64,000 nt of DNA from Bacillales bacterium (GCA_029256085.1 JAQSYP010000002.1:264426-328425), one strand, 5' to 3'. Shown: positions 50,650 through 60,920, numbered from the stretch's first letter. Numbers and translations: made by a program. Notes: generated by a model not told the origin, from the sequence alone.

Positions 50650-51219
50650 TTATTGATGTTTGCTTAACCACTCACTCTTTATACTTGCATAAATAGCCAT
50701 ATCACAAAACTCTTTCTTGTTACGTATATATGCTTGTCTAAATGTTCCTTCGTGCTTCATTCCACTTTTAACCATTACTTTACCTGAAGCAACGTTATTT
50801 ATATCGTGTTTTGCAGTAATTCTATTAAATCCTATTTCTGAAAATAAATAATTAATAACCCCTTGAAGGGTTTCGCACATGATACCCTTTCCCCAATAAG
50901 TTTTTGACATACAAAACCCTAACTCACAAGATAAATTTTGTTCGTCTAAATTGAATACTCTAATTCCACCAATAACTTCTCTAGTTTCATTAAGTTCAAT
51001 AGCCCAATGGTATACGTTAGCTTCCTTATACTCGTTTACCCACTGTACGATAAATCCTTTAGTAACCTCAATGTCACTATGTGGATCCCAAGTTAAGAAT
51101 CTTGTAACTTCACTATCATTTGCCCAATTTTTAAACATATCATTAGCGTCAGTCATTTCAAACCTTCTAAGTATGAGTCTATCTGTATTGATTGTATTTG
51201 TTCCTTGATGTGATAACAC
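50650..51219 (-). CDS. GNAT family N-acetyltransferase (RimJ/RimL-like)
   Basis: TDRLILRRFEMTDANDMFKNWANDSEVTRFL N-terminus and WGKGIMCETLQGVINYLF motif. Confidence 0.75.
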   Translation of the reverse strand: MLSHQGTNTINTDRLILRRFEMTDANDMFKNWANDSEVTRFLTWDPHSDIEVTKGFIVQWVNEYKEANVYHWAIELNETREVIGGIRVFNLDEQNLSCELGFCMSKTYWGKGIMCETLQGVINYLFSEIGFNRITAKHDINNVASGKVMVKSGMKHEGTFRQAYIRNKKEFCDMAIYASIKSEWLSKHQ

Positions 51220-51330
51220 AATAAATCCCCCTAGTAAAAAAATCTAATATTGTTTAATTCTACATTTCAGATTCTGAATCTTTTGTAGCTAAACTAGTAG
51301 GCCACTTAATCAGAAAGTGTTGTTTTTTAA

Positions 51331-51545
51331 TTTGGATTAAATATTTCGAAAAGTTAGTGGCATATTACGAAAAGTTAGTGATATATTGCCAAAAGTTAGT
51401 GATATATTGCCAAAAGTTAGTGATATATTGCCAAAAGTTAGTGATATATTGCCAAAAGTTAATGATAAATCGGTAAAAGTTAATGATATGACAAAAGGCA
51501 CCGAGACTAAGTCTTGATGCATTTTATGAGTTGAGCCAAATGAAT
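51331..51545. repeat. composite element 1: TTTGGATTAAATATT leader, seven ~21-bp tandem repeats (AAAAGTTAGTGATATATTGCC), a conserved ~40-nt hairpin segment, and a GTTGAG…CTCAAC-TTTTTT terminator hairpin
   Basis: Seen in sequence. A related element lies at 52092–52245. Confidence 0.7.
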
Positions 51546-51548
51546 ACC

Positions 51549-51941
51549 TCAACTTTTTTCTTTAGTTATTTTCTTTTTGTATTTGTGTGTTTTTGCAGAT
51601 TTTATAGCTACCTTACTTACTTTAAACCCTTTTGATAGTTTAATAATTTTTAACATTTTACCTAGCTTCCCTATTTTAACAAAACCCGATAAAAATGCTA
51701 AATGACTTGCATTTAATGATATGACTATTGCTAAAATGCCAATAATGTTATCTTTTAGAAATTCCTTTTTATCTTTTGAAGCGTAGCCTATAATAATCAA
51801 CTCTACTAAAAAGATTAATAAGATTGCGTTGGTTAATACTTCTGAATATATACTTTTAATAAAAATTGATAGCACTAAATAGATTGCTAAAATAAAAGCT
51901 GCTATATTATATACTTTATAAAATTTGTCTACTATTCTCAC
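51549..51941 (-). CDS. small membrane protein with lysine-rich C-terminal tail
   Basis: 130 aa with three TM segments and a KSAKTHKYKKKITKEKS tail. The 3' end coding IKLSKGFK is also found as a DNA fragment upstream of aadK. Confidence 0.4.
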   Translation of the reverse strand: MRIVDKFYKVYNIAAFILAIYLVLSIFIKSIYSEVLTNAILLIFLVELIIIGYASKDKKEFLKDNIIGILAIVISLNASHLAFLSGFVKIGKLGKMLKIIKLSKGFKVSKVAIKSAKTHKYKKKITKEKS

Positions 51942-52091
51942 ATTAATATCTCCTAAACCCTACTTTACTTAAGCTTAACTCAACTTTAATTAATTTAATA
52001 TAAAAATGGCATAAAAAAAGTGAGGTTCAGAATGTAAACAAACCTATGCAATCTAGTCTGCCTACAGCCTATTTGAAGTTTAAGAAAGTGG

Positions 52092-52245
52092 TTTGGATTA
52101 AATATTGTGAAAAGTAGATGGTATATTGTTAAAAGTAGATGATAAAGTTATTAATATTACTATTTAAAAATGACAAAAGACACCGAGGCCAAGTCTCGAT
52201 GCCTTTTGTCGACAATTTGAAGTGAGGTTTTACCCTCACTTGAAA
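52092..52245. repeat. composite element 2 (paralog of 51331–51545): same leader, two AAAAGTAGATGGTATATTG-type repeats, the conserved GACAAAAGACACCGAGGCCAAGTCTCGATGCCTTTTGTC hairpin, and a GTGAGG…CCTCAC hairpin
   Basis: Seen in sequence. Confidence 0.7.
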
Positions 52246-52251
52246 CATCTT

Positions 52252-52779
<528 letters not shown>

Positions 52780-52799
52780 TTAGCTCCCTATATTTAAGA

Positions 52800-54077
52800 T
52801 TAAGTTATTTTTCTACGAGACCATATCACCACTGGAATTAGTAATAAAGATAAAATTCCGCCAGCGAGTGATAAAGTTAGATAACTAGATCCTGCTACAA
52901 TTAATCCCGACAGCGCACTACCAGCAGCCCCTGATAACGCAATCATTACATCCACTTTACCTTGAGTCTTAGCTCTTGTGGAAGTTGTAGTAGAATCAAC
53001 AATAAGTGCCGTCCCACTGATCAAACCAAAATTCCAGCCTAACCCTAGCAATGAAAGTGCAATTACTAACATAACAAAGGAATCTCCTGGTGCAAATGCC
53101 GCAATAAGTCCTGCCAAAAGTAATGTAGTACCAGATGCAATACTCATCGCTGTACGCCCTAGCTTATCAACTAGTACACCAGTAACTAGTGAAGGAAGAT
53201 ACATTGCACCTATATGGAAACCAATAACCATTCCAACTGCACCAAGATTGTGTCCATGATGCATCATATGAACCGGAGTCATTGTCATAATCGCTACCAT
53301 TACAATTTGGGTAACAACCATGATCGTTGCACCAACTATTATTCCTCTTTTGTTTTCTATTTGTTCAGTTGTCCCCAAAATTCCTTTGTCAGTTGTAACC
53401 TGGTTGCTAGTTTCTAGCGATCTTGCTATTACTAAAGGATCTGGGCGAAGCATTATAAAAAGAACAACACATGCTAAAATATAAGCTGCTGCCGCTAAAA
53501 TGAACGGACCTGCAAGAGATGGTACACCTATTGACTTAGAAAAGTTTCCCATCACATTCACCATGTTTGGACCAGCAACGGCACCAAAAGTTGTAAAAAC
53601 CATAGCAATACTAATAGCAGTCGCTCGCTGTTTACTATTTGCTAAATCGGTACCGGCATACCGAGCTTGTAAGTTTGTTGCAGACCCAGCACCATAAAAA
53701 AGTAGAGAAGCAAATAACAGTGAGACACTATTAATTATCGCTGCGATTATAACTCCAATCGCCCCAATTCCACCAATCATAAAACCTGTTGATAAACCTG
53801 TACGACGACCATACGCTTGTGACAGTCTCCCAACTAATAATGCAGCACCTGCTGACCCCAAAGTTAATAAGGCTGAAGGTATTCCAGCATACGCATCCGT
53901 TCCAAGCATTTGCCGAGCAAGAAGAGCACCGACGGTAACTCCAGCGGCAAGTCCTGCACCACCAAAAATTTGTGAGATACTTACAACAATTAATGTGCGT
54001 TTGTATAAATTTTTTAGTCTTTCAGTTGACCAAACCTCTGAATGTGTCTCTGATACTCTTATCCGCTCGAGTTGCAT
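52800..54077 (-). CDS. MFS transporter
   Basis: 425 aa, 12 TM segments, LVGRLSQAYGRR MFS motif. Confidence 0.8.
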   Translation of the reverse strand: MQLERIRVSETHSEVWSTERLKNLYKRTLIVVSISQIFGGAGLAAGVTVGALLARQMLGTDAYAGIPSALLTLGSAGAALLVGRLSQAYGRRTGLSTGFMIGGIGAIGVIIAAIINSVSLLFASLLFYGAGSATNLQARYAGTDLANSKQRATAISIAMVFTTFGAVAGPNMVNVMGNFSKSIGVPSLAGPFILAAAAYILACVVLFIMLRPDPLVIARSLETSNQVTTDKGILGTTEQIENKRGIIVGATIMVVTQIVMVAIMTMTPVHMMHHGHNLGAVGMVIGFHIGAMYLPSLVTGVLVDKLGRTAMSIASGTTLLLAGLIAAFAPGDSFVMLVIALSLLGLGWNFGLISGTALIVDSTTTSTRAKTQGKVDVMIALSGAAGSALSGLIVAGSSYLTLSLAGGILSLLLIPVVIWSRRKIT

Positions 54078-54245
54078 GCTTCAACCAACTTTCCGAATCT
54101 TTAACTAGATTTGAACTATCATAACACGCACAAAAAATCCATACAATATTAAATTGCATGGAGAGCATTCGACAAAATATACCTGATTTTCTGTATAGGA
54201 TAAAGGATTACTTGATAGGACAACATATTTGATGGGTGATATTAT

Positions 54246-55013
54246 ATGAAATTCAAAAAATATATGCAGATAATTTTGTTTTTATGTATTGTTCTAACTC
54301 CAATGCCCATAAGAGCTCACAGTAATGACCCTAATATTTCGGTTACTCGTCAACTTTTTTCAGCTATCCATGATAGAGACGCACGTAAATTAAAGTCTTT
54401 GGTTACCCCATCAGTAAAGATACCTGAGATTAGAGAAGTTACCCCGATTACGAGATTTCAATCTTTTCCATCATATAAGAAGGAAAACTCAAGAATTATA
54501 GTTGGTCGATTTGGTGAGGAATATGAAAGATTTGCATTTATATGGGAGGTATCTTTTAATAAAGATCATAATAAAATTACAGAAATTAAAGTAATTTCAG
54601 ATTTGGCGAACCCACATATGAACGAGCAGCCCATAGTCAAAAAATATACTAAAAAGTTTAAGAAGAATATACTTGTTCCTGCTTTTTTTCCATTTGATGT
54701 CACACATGTTACAGGGAAAGTAACTGGCAATATGATAAATTTATATTATAAAAACCTAGATATTAATGGTGTTCTGGAAATTAAAGCATCGCCACAATTA
54801 ATAGAACAGACTGGAAAAACTACAGTAACATTAAATAATGGAAAAAATGCTTTTTTAGAAAAAATACAATCAGGTTTTGTGTGTACCCTTATTCACGAAA
54901 ATATGCAGTATGAAGTTAGCGTTTATAAAATTAATGGGGGAAGTTATAACCCATCGAAGAAACAGCTAATAAAAGTTGTTGAATCTATGTTTCCCACTGT
55001 CAAAATAAAATAA
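54246..55013 (+). CDS. hypothetical secreted protein
   Basis: Signal peptide (MKFKKYMQIILFLCIVLTPMPIRAHS). 255 aa. Confidence 0.45.
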   Translation: MKFKKYMQIILFLCIVLTPMPIRAHSNDPNISVTRQLFSAIHDRDARKLKSLVTPSVKIPEIREVTPITRFQSFPSYKKENSRIIVGRFGEEYERFAFIWEVSFNKDHNKITEIKVISDLANPHMNEQPIVKKYTKKFKKNILVPAFFPFDVTHVTGKVTGNMINLYYKNLDINGVLEIKASPQLIEQTGKTTVTLNNGKNAFLEKIQSGFVCTLIHENMQYEVSVYKINGGSYNPSKKQLIKVVESMFPTVKIK

Positions 55014-55048
55014 TTTTTTATTCATTAATAACGATATAATAAATACAT

Positions 55049-55363
55049 TTATGTCGTTATTTTTAATCCAATTACTGCTACTAAAATCATAGCTATGCAT
55101 AAAATCCGTTTCCAATCCTTTGCATCACCATAAAAAACCATTCCAACTATAGTGGCACCCACTGTCCCAATGCCTGTCCAAACCGCATAGGAAACTCCCA
55201 TGGGAAGGGTTTTCATCGCTAAACTTAAAAAACTAAAACTAAATACGAATCCAAGAACTAGCACCATGTATGACTGCAAGTTTTTGTCCTTGGCTACTTT
55301 ATTCATACCTGTAACACCTACAACTTCAAAGACTCCAGCAAGTATTAGATATACCCATCCCAT
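55049..55363 (-). CDS. SMR family multidrug efflux subunit (second of a heterodimeric pair)
   Basis: 104 aa, four TM segments, conserved membrane Glu (VFEVVGVTGMN). ATG overlaps the upstream stop (ATGA). Confidence 0.75.
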   Translation of the reverse strand: MGWVYLILAGVFEVVGVTGMNKVAKDKNLQSYMVLVLGFVFSFSFLSLAMKTLPMGVSYAVWTGIGTVGATIVGMVFYGDAKDWKRILCIAMILVAVIGLKITT

Positions 55364-55364
55364 T

Positions 55365-55706
55365 TTACGATGCACCTTCTTTATTACTAGTGTCTGTTGT
55401 AACAAGCTTTAACCCTACAACACCAGAAATCAATAAGATAATAAGTAATACTTTTGTAAAATTGAACGCTTCACCGAAAACGAGTATCTCCACGACAACA
55501 GTCCCTGCCGTTCCTATTCCTGTGAAAATTGCGTAAACAGTAGACACTGGCAAGGATTTTGTTGCCTTAATAAGAATAACAAAAGACATATATATAAGTA
55601 TTGCAGTTACAGTCCAAGCCAACCAGTTACTAGAATGCTTTAATCCTACTGCCCACAACATTTCTAATATTCCAGCAAATATGACCAATACCCAATCTCG
55701 GTTCAT
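55365..55706 (-). CDS. SMR family multidrug efflux subunit (first of a heterodimeric pair)
   Basis: 113 aa, four TM segments, conserved Glu (ILEMLWAVGLK). ATG preceded by GGGGGA. Confidence 0.75.
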   Translation of the reverse strand: MNRDWVLVIFAGILEMLWAVGLKHSSNWLAWTVTAILIYMSFVILIKATKSLPVSTVYAIFTGIGTAGTVVVEILVFGEAFNFTKVLLIILLISGVVGLKLVTTDTSNKEGAS

Positions 55707-55963
55707 TTCTGATTCCCCCGTTGTAATATTTTTATCACGTTCAAATGTCAATTCGCTTAATATTTATACTATTTACCTAACTTCGAGCAAATCATTAAAT
55801 AATATTATACTAGATTATACTACCAAATTGCAGGGATTCTTCTGATCCTCAAAACATTATTATTTGTTGAACTAAAGGTAAATTTGAAAAGGAATTGGTG
55901 ATAGATGAGTAGAATATTATTATGAAATAAAGTCGTTATTCACTAACATAGGGGAGATAATAA

Positions 55964-56524
55964 ATGTTTACATATAAAATCGATGAAGAATTATCGTTAA
56001 AACTAATCGAGTCAAAAGATGCACAAGAAATTTTCGAACTAACGGATAAAAATAGAGAATACCTAAGAGAATGGCTTCCATGGGTTGATATTACGAATAA
56101 GGTTGAAGATACTCAGAATTTCATTAAAATGTCGTTGAATGGTTTTGTAAATAGAAAATCTCTTGATGTTGTAATTTTATATAAGGGTAAAGCAGTTGGA
56201 ATTGTTGGTTACAATGAAATCAACAACGTAAATAATATCGCTTATATTGGGTATTGGATTGGTAGCGATTATCAAGGTAAAGGCATTATGACAAGATCAA
56301 CAAAATCTATAATTGACTATGCTTTTAATAATTTAGGTCTTAATCGAGTTGAAATTAGAGCTGCTGTTGAAAATACGAAAAGTAGAGCTGTTCCTGAAAG
56401 ACTTGGCTTTACTAATGAAGGAGTTATTCGAAGCGCTTCCTTCGTTAATGACAAGTATTATGACATGGTAGTGTATGGAATGCTTGCTGACGAGTGGAAT
56501 ATAAGAGAGACCGAAAACAGGTGA
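55964..56524 (+). CDS. GNAT family N-acetyltransferase (RimJ/RimL-like)
   Basis: YQGKGIMTRSTKSIIDYAFNNLGLNRVEIRAAVENTKS. Confidence 0.75.
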   Translation: MFTYKIDEELSLKLIESKDAQEIFELTDKNREYLREWLPWVDITNKVEDTQNFIKMSLNGFVNRKSLDVVILYKGKAVGIVGYNEINNVNNIAYIGYWIGSDYQGKGIMTRSTKSIIDYAFNNLGLNRVEIRAAVENTKSRAVPERLGFTNEGVIRSASFVNDKYYDMVVYGMLADEWNIRETENR

Positions 56525-56612
56525 AATTAGTATAAGTTAGTGGAATTATATATATTTTTTGGGGAATGTATCATAAAAAAGAACTAGACTGTTGAGTTTT
56601 CTGGAGGTAAAA

Positions 56613-56864
56613 ATGAGAAATTTATTTATTATTATGTGTGCAAAATTTATTGTAGGTATGTATCTAATTTTTAATGCATTTACATTTGGTGAGAGTTTTG
56701 TCAGTACAAAAACTGCAAACAACGGGGGCAGTATGGACTCAAACTTGTACAATATTACATTACAAGAAAGTACTAGCAATATACGAACTGCCGGGGAATT
56801 ACTGTCACTAGTGGGTGGAATCGGAATAATATTTTATGGTTATATCCTTTTTAAAGACAAATAA
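56613..56864 (+). CDS. small membrane protein
   Basis: ATG 5 nt after GGAGG. Two TM segments. Confidence 0.4.
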   Translation: MRNLFIIMCAKFIVGMYLIFNAFTFGESFVSTKTANNGGSMDSNLYNITLQESTSNIRTAGELLSLVGGIGIIFYGYILFKDK

Positions 56865-57088
56865 TATAGTATTAGGGTCGACTATTATTATTTAAATGGC
56901 GTAGTTACTGAAGCCTATTATACTATCAAAGATAATAACATATTGGACGAGAACGGAAAGTATTACCTTTATTTAGAAGATCACAAAATTGAGGTTACAG
57001 AAGGATTAAATAAGAAAGTAGTAGTCAGTAAGAGATCTACTCTAACTGAAATGTTTTTAGTACACATATAATTAAACGGAGGAAAGGC

Positions 57089-57541
57089 ATGAATAATAGA
57101 TTTAAGGTTTTTTACTTTTTTATAAGTATTGTAATGCTTCTTATTAATAGTGGGTGCATCGATAAGACTCCAACAGCGGAAGAGTTAAATGGGAAGATTC
57201 AAGGTGCTAAACAAATTGAAGAACATATTATTAAGCTTGAAAAGGCATCTATAGACAAAGCAAATGCTATGCTGAAAAATAAAGAAGATATACTTGTTAA
57301 AAGTGTCGAACCTTATATTTATAAATATGACGGTGAAGCAAAAGTTAAGTTAGATGATAACAATATGTATACCGATAGTATTCAAGGTGTATTCACTGGA
57401 GAAATAGGTGGACATAGACTTTATGCAACGAAACTACCTGTGGGCACGAAAGTTTATTTCGATTCATCTGGTCAATATCTTTATTCAGAAGTTAATCATA
57501 AAATCAAAAGATATAAAGCACTTTCTATCAAAGTTAAATGA
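57089..57541 (+). CDS. hypothetical lipoprotein
   Basis: Lipobox LINSGCID. RBS GGAGGAAAGG upstream. Confidence 0.5.
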   Translation: MNNRFKVFYFFISIVMLLINSGCIDKTPTAEELNGKIQGAKQIEEHIIKLEKASIDKANAMLKNKEDILVKSVEPYIYKYDGEAKVKLDDNNMYTDSIQGVFTGEIGGHRLYATKLPVGTKVYFDSSGQYLYSEVNHKIKRYKALSIKVK

Positions 57542-57634
57542 AAAATGCATCCTAATTCATTACACCTCTTTCCAGATTATTTATATTTATAGCCCCTTAT
57601 CGGATTTATTGAGTATAGGTATAGGGTTCCTATA

Positions 57635-58450
57635 TTAGTTTAAAGACATTGTTAAACCATTTTTAAAACCCTTGATTTCATACTTGATTTCTAGTTCAAC
57701 TTTTTCACTCGATTTAATAGTAAAGTTGTTTGATTCCCACTTTTTTATGTCATCTTGTAAGTATTTTGAATGTGCAACATAATAAGTTGCGCTTATCCCA
57801 CCTGATAGCTTTATTTTTATATTCCTTAAATCATCAAGGTCCTTTGCCATAGGTTTTATTTCTAAACTGTACGTAGAAGTTTTATTTCCTGTAAGTTTCT
57901 TAATTGTTGTGATTTCCATAATCCCCTCAATACTTAAAACATCCTTTGAAGTTGTGGGAGTTAAATCGGCTTTTTGAATAACCTTTTTGTGATTAATAGT
58001 TTTACCTTTATACTTATAAGATACATTCAAAGTCGCTTCCCCATCTTTACTAACAAAAACACCATCACTTATAGCTTTTTCAAGATTAGATAAGTGTTTT
58101 GCTTTCTTAGTATTAAATCCGAAAGTCTCCCCGTCCTCTGAATCGATTGATATTTCAATATCAGATACACCATCAACTACGGTTTTTGCCTGTAATTTAT
58201 GATTAACAGCAGTGTCGGTCTTTCTAATTGAATGGGAAATAAGTATTTCTTTTAAGTCAATCAAATTTGTTTCAACGCTCTTATCATTTTCCTGATAGGA
58301 GTTAATAAATTCTGCACATTTAGAGCGTTTGTTTTCTTTTTTATCGCCACATTTACTTATTCCTGCAGTTTCATAATTACTAGCACACCCACTTATAAAA
58401 ATCAATCCAAAAAGTAATGTGCTTAATAATAAATTTTCTCTAATATTCAT
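57635..58450 (-). CDS. hypothetical lipoprotein
   Basis: Lipobox FISGCASN. 271 aa. Confidence 0.5.
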   Translation of the reverse strand: MNIRENLLLSTLLFGLIFISGCASNYETAGISKCGDKKENKRSKCAEFINSYQENDKSVETNLIDLKEILISHSIRKTDTAVNHKLQAKTVVDGVSDIEISIDSEDGETFGFNTKKAKHLSNLEKAISDGVFVSKDGEATLNVSYKYKGKTINHKKVIQKADLTPTTSKDVLSIEGIMEITTIKKLTGNKTSTYSLEIKPMAKDLDDLRNIKIKLSGGISATYYVAHSKYLQDDIKKWESNNFTIKSSEKVELEIKYEIKGFKNGLTMSLN

Positions 58451-59003
58451 AAAATCCCCCTTATAGCACTATCGCATTCACTTTGTTTACTAGTACTATT
58501 CAACAAAAAAAGCACTACTCCTTTAAGAGAAACTATCAATAGCGCTTTCTGTGTTTTAATCCTCTTTTAAAAGATGATATTAAAGTCAGAATTATAGTTA
58601 AAGTGATAAAGAAGGCAGTTAATCTAAACTACCACTACCTTTAAAACTTTGAGAAAATATTATGTCTTTTATGTCAGATTCGTTAGGAATTCTATAAACT
58701 AAGACTCTACCATAAATTAGTGATTAAAAAATATATATTCGACAAAATATACTTTAATCCTTCATTGTAATATGAATACCAAAAGGGATTTGTATTATTT
58801 AAATAGAATACTACTACAAGAGAAAAATTATAAAATGGAAATACTCTACTCCTTTTACTCAATTACTTTACAGAGAAATTTCAGATTATAAAGATATTGA
58901 TTTAATTTAGCAATCAAAAAAAATAACTTTAAACTACAAATCTATGTAAAAGTGGGGTTATATTATTTTAACAAATATCAAATTCCTTTTAACTTTAACT
59001 TTT

Positions 59004-59636
59004 TTGTCTGTTGTACTTTTTGGGTGTCAATCAAATGAAAACACTGTTAAGCAAGATAAAGCTAATAAGTTGCAATCAGAAAACAATAATAAATTAAAAT
59101 TAGAATCTGAAATTTCAAAGATCAATGTTAATAATGATAAAGGTACTGGTACAAAATTTTTTGATGATGATGAAACGATTGAAACTTTTAAAAATGTAAT
59201 TTCAAGCGCTGTAAAACACGAAGGTATGGTTGATATGGCTAGTCCTAAGTTTTTTGTAAGTGTGGGTTATGTAAAAGGAACCGGGAAATTTTTATTTTTA
59301 TGGTTAGGCGAAAAAGGGCATAGAAGTTCACTAATGGACCCTAATGATACACATACAATTTATACTGTCTCGGAAGAAATGACTGCTAAGTTAATTGACT
59401 TACTAAGTTCAAGTAACCAACAAGTGAAAGAAAATGAAAATGAAATAACAAAACAAATTGACGATGAACTAAATAGAATTATTCACAAAACTGATTTTAT
59501 GCTTTTTTCAGGTAGTCCCTTAAATTATTTTGAGAATAACCATGAACAATTTGATTATATTATTTCAAAAAAAGATATTACCTTAAATCATTTTTTGAAC
59601 AATTTTTCGGAAAATAGAATGGTTTACTGGTCGTGA
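59004..59636 (+). CDS. hypothetical lipoprotein-like protein with an anomalous N-terminus
   Basis: The lipobox LFGCQS sits only 5 aa after the first available TTG. The upstream in-frame sequence (KWGYIILTNIKFLLTLTFLSVV) looks like the rest of a signal peptide but has no canonical start codon. Confidence 0.35.
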   Translation: MSVVLFGCQSNENTVKQDKANKLQSENNNKLKLESEISKINVNNDKGTGTKFFDDDETIETFKNVISSAVKHEGMVDMASPKFFVSVGYVKGTGKFLFLWLGEKGHRSSLMDPNDTHTIYTVSEEMTAKLIDLLSSSNQQVKENENEITKQIDDELNRIIHKTDFMLFSGSPLNYFENNHEQFDYIISKKDITLNHFLNNFSENRMVYWS

Positions 59637-59727
59637 ATGGTACGTAAAATACTCTAAATTCGTTAAAGTCAGTTAATAACAAGGAACCTACTTAAAATTT
59701 TGGAGTGCAATGGAGGTTGAGTTAATC

Positions 59728-60063
59728 ATGGCAAAATATGAAACTACAATTATTGGTCAATTCGATGAAGTAGTTAGTCATTTGGAAAATGATATTAGTA
59801 ATAGTGGAATGAGTATGAAATTAGTTGATGAAAGCAACTACACTATTGGAGATACAAACGTTGCTGTTCGAGTTTATGATAAATATTTTATGAGAAATGG
59901 AAACAGAGCAAGTTTAAGTCTTACTGTTGTAGGTAATAACAGCAATATTTTCATTTCAGCAATTGGTGCTGGCGGTGGACAAGGTATTATTTTTAACTTT
60001 AGTCTTGGTGCTGAAGATAATATGGTGGAAATCGTGCAAAAAAGTATAGAACAAATGGAGTAA
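59728..60063 (+). CDS. small conserved hypothetical protein, paralog 1 (~111 aa; MAKYETTIIGQFDEV…AIGAGGGQGIIFNFSLGAED)
   Basis: ATG 9 nt after GGAGG. About 95% nucleotide identity to 62989–63324. Confidence 0.55.
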   Translation: MAKYETTIIGQFDEVVSHLENDISNSGMSMKLVDESNYTIGDTNVAVRVYDKYFMRNGNRASLSLTVVGNNSNIFISAIGAGGGQGIIFNFSLGAEDNMVEIVQKSIEQME

Positions 60064-60069
60064 TACTAT

Positions 60070-60106
60070 TTGTTGAAACAGTCACGATATAAAATCGTGA
60101 CTGTTT
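60070..60106. terminator. bidirectional terminator
   Basis: AAACAGTCACGAT-ATAAAA-TCGTGACTGTTTTT hairpin. Confidence 0.65.
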
Positions 60107-60110
60107 TTGA

Positions 60111-60920
60111 CTAATTATTTTTTATACTCTGATTAATATTTTTTAACTCATTTCCAACTATTCTTTTTATTTTTTCATTACCTATAACTCCACTATGAAA
60201 TGTATTTGTATCTATCCAATAAGTTTGCCAGAAGGTAATTCCGTTATTAAGTTCAATTTCTAGGAAAATGCGTTTACCTTCCAACTTACGTTCATCAATT
60301 AATGTTTGGACATCTCTAAGTTTTAGTTTATACCATTCTTCTAAAAACATATTTTTACTAAATTGAGAAAATGTATGAATTCTACTACCATCATCAGTGC
60401 TTTGTATATAAATTTTATTAACAAAGTTTTTCATAGGAAACAGCTCATCAGCAGTTTTTGCTTTCATGTTATTATATACGACATATACTTGATTATTGGC
60501 ACTTACAATTAAGTTCGAAGGGTAACCACGCACCTCATAAATTGGTGTATTTATATCTAAGTATGTTGCATCACCATTTTTCATTTTATGGTCACTACAT
60601 GCATAGCCTGCCATAGTATAACTTACTTTCCCAATTTCATTGCCATTTTCCACTTGAATGGTTGTATCACCTCGATATTTATTACTTTCATATCTAATAT
60701 CATTAATCTTAAGTGTATCCACCCAACTAATTTCCGCATCAGGACATTCTTTTCTATCTTTATATAAATGGTCTAAGTCCTTATTAATTTGTTCAGATTC
60801 CTTGTATTCTTCACCTTCAGAAACTACATCATAAAAATAGTTTCTAATCGTAATGGATGAAGTATAAATTAATATGATAACTATTATAGATATTAGGATT
60901 TTAATTTTACTAATATTCAT
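60111..60920 (-). CDS. signal-anchored hypothetical protein, paralog 1 (269 aa)
   Basis: N-terminal TM (ISKIKILISIIVIILIYTS). Paralog of 63377–>64000. Confidence 0.5.
   Translation of the reverse strand: MNISKIKILISIIVIILIYTSSITIRNYFYDVVSEGEEYKESEQINKDLDHLYKDRKECPDAEISWVDTLKINDIRYESNKYRGDTTIQVENGNEIGKVSYTMAGYACSDHKMKNGDATYLDINTPIYEVRGYPSNLIVSANNQVYVVYNNMKAKTADELFPMKNFVNKIYIQSTDDGSRIHTFSQFSKNMFLEEWYKLKLRDVQTLIDERKLEGKRIFLEIELNNGITFWQTYWIDTNTFHSGVIGNEKIKRIVGNELKNINQSIKNN

Noticed and set aside
51339-51485. Possible CRISPR array (regular ~21-bp repeats)
   Set aside because: The repeats are directly contiguous with no unique spacers, the units are only ~21 bp, and there are no cas genes anywhere in the window. 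This is a tandem repeat, not CRISPR. The same reasoning applies to 40281–40440.
51337-51552. Listed ORF (71 aa, ISLTFGN heptads) on the minus strand
   Set aside because: It is simply the translation of the 21-bp tandem DNA repeat. It has no RBS and spans the conserved hairpin. Spurious.
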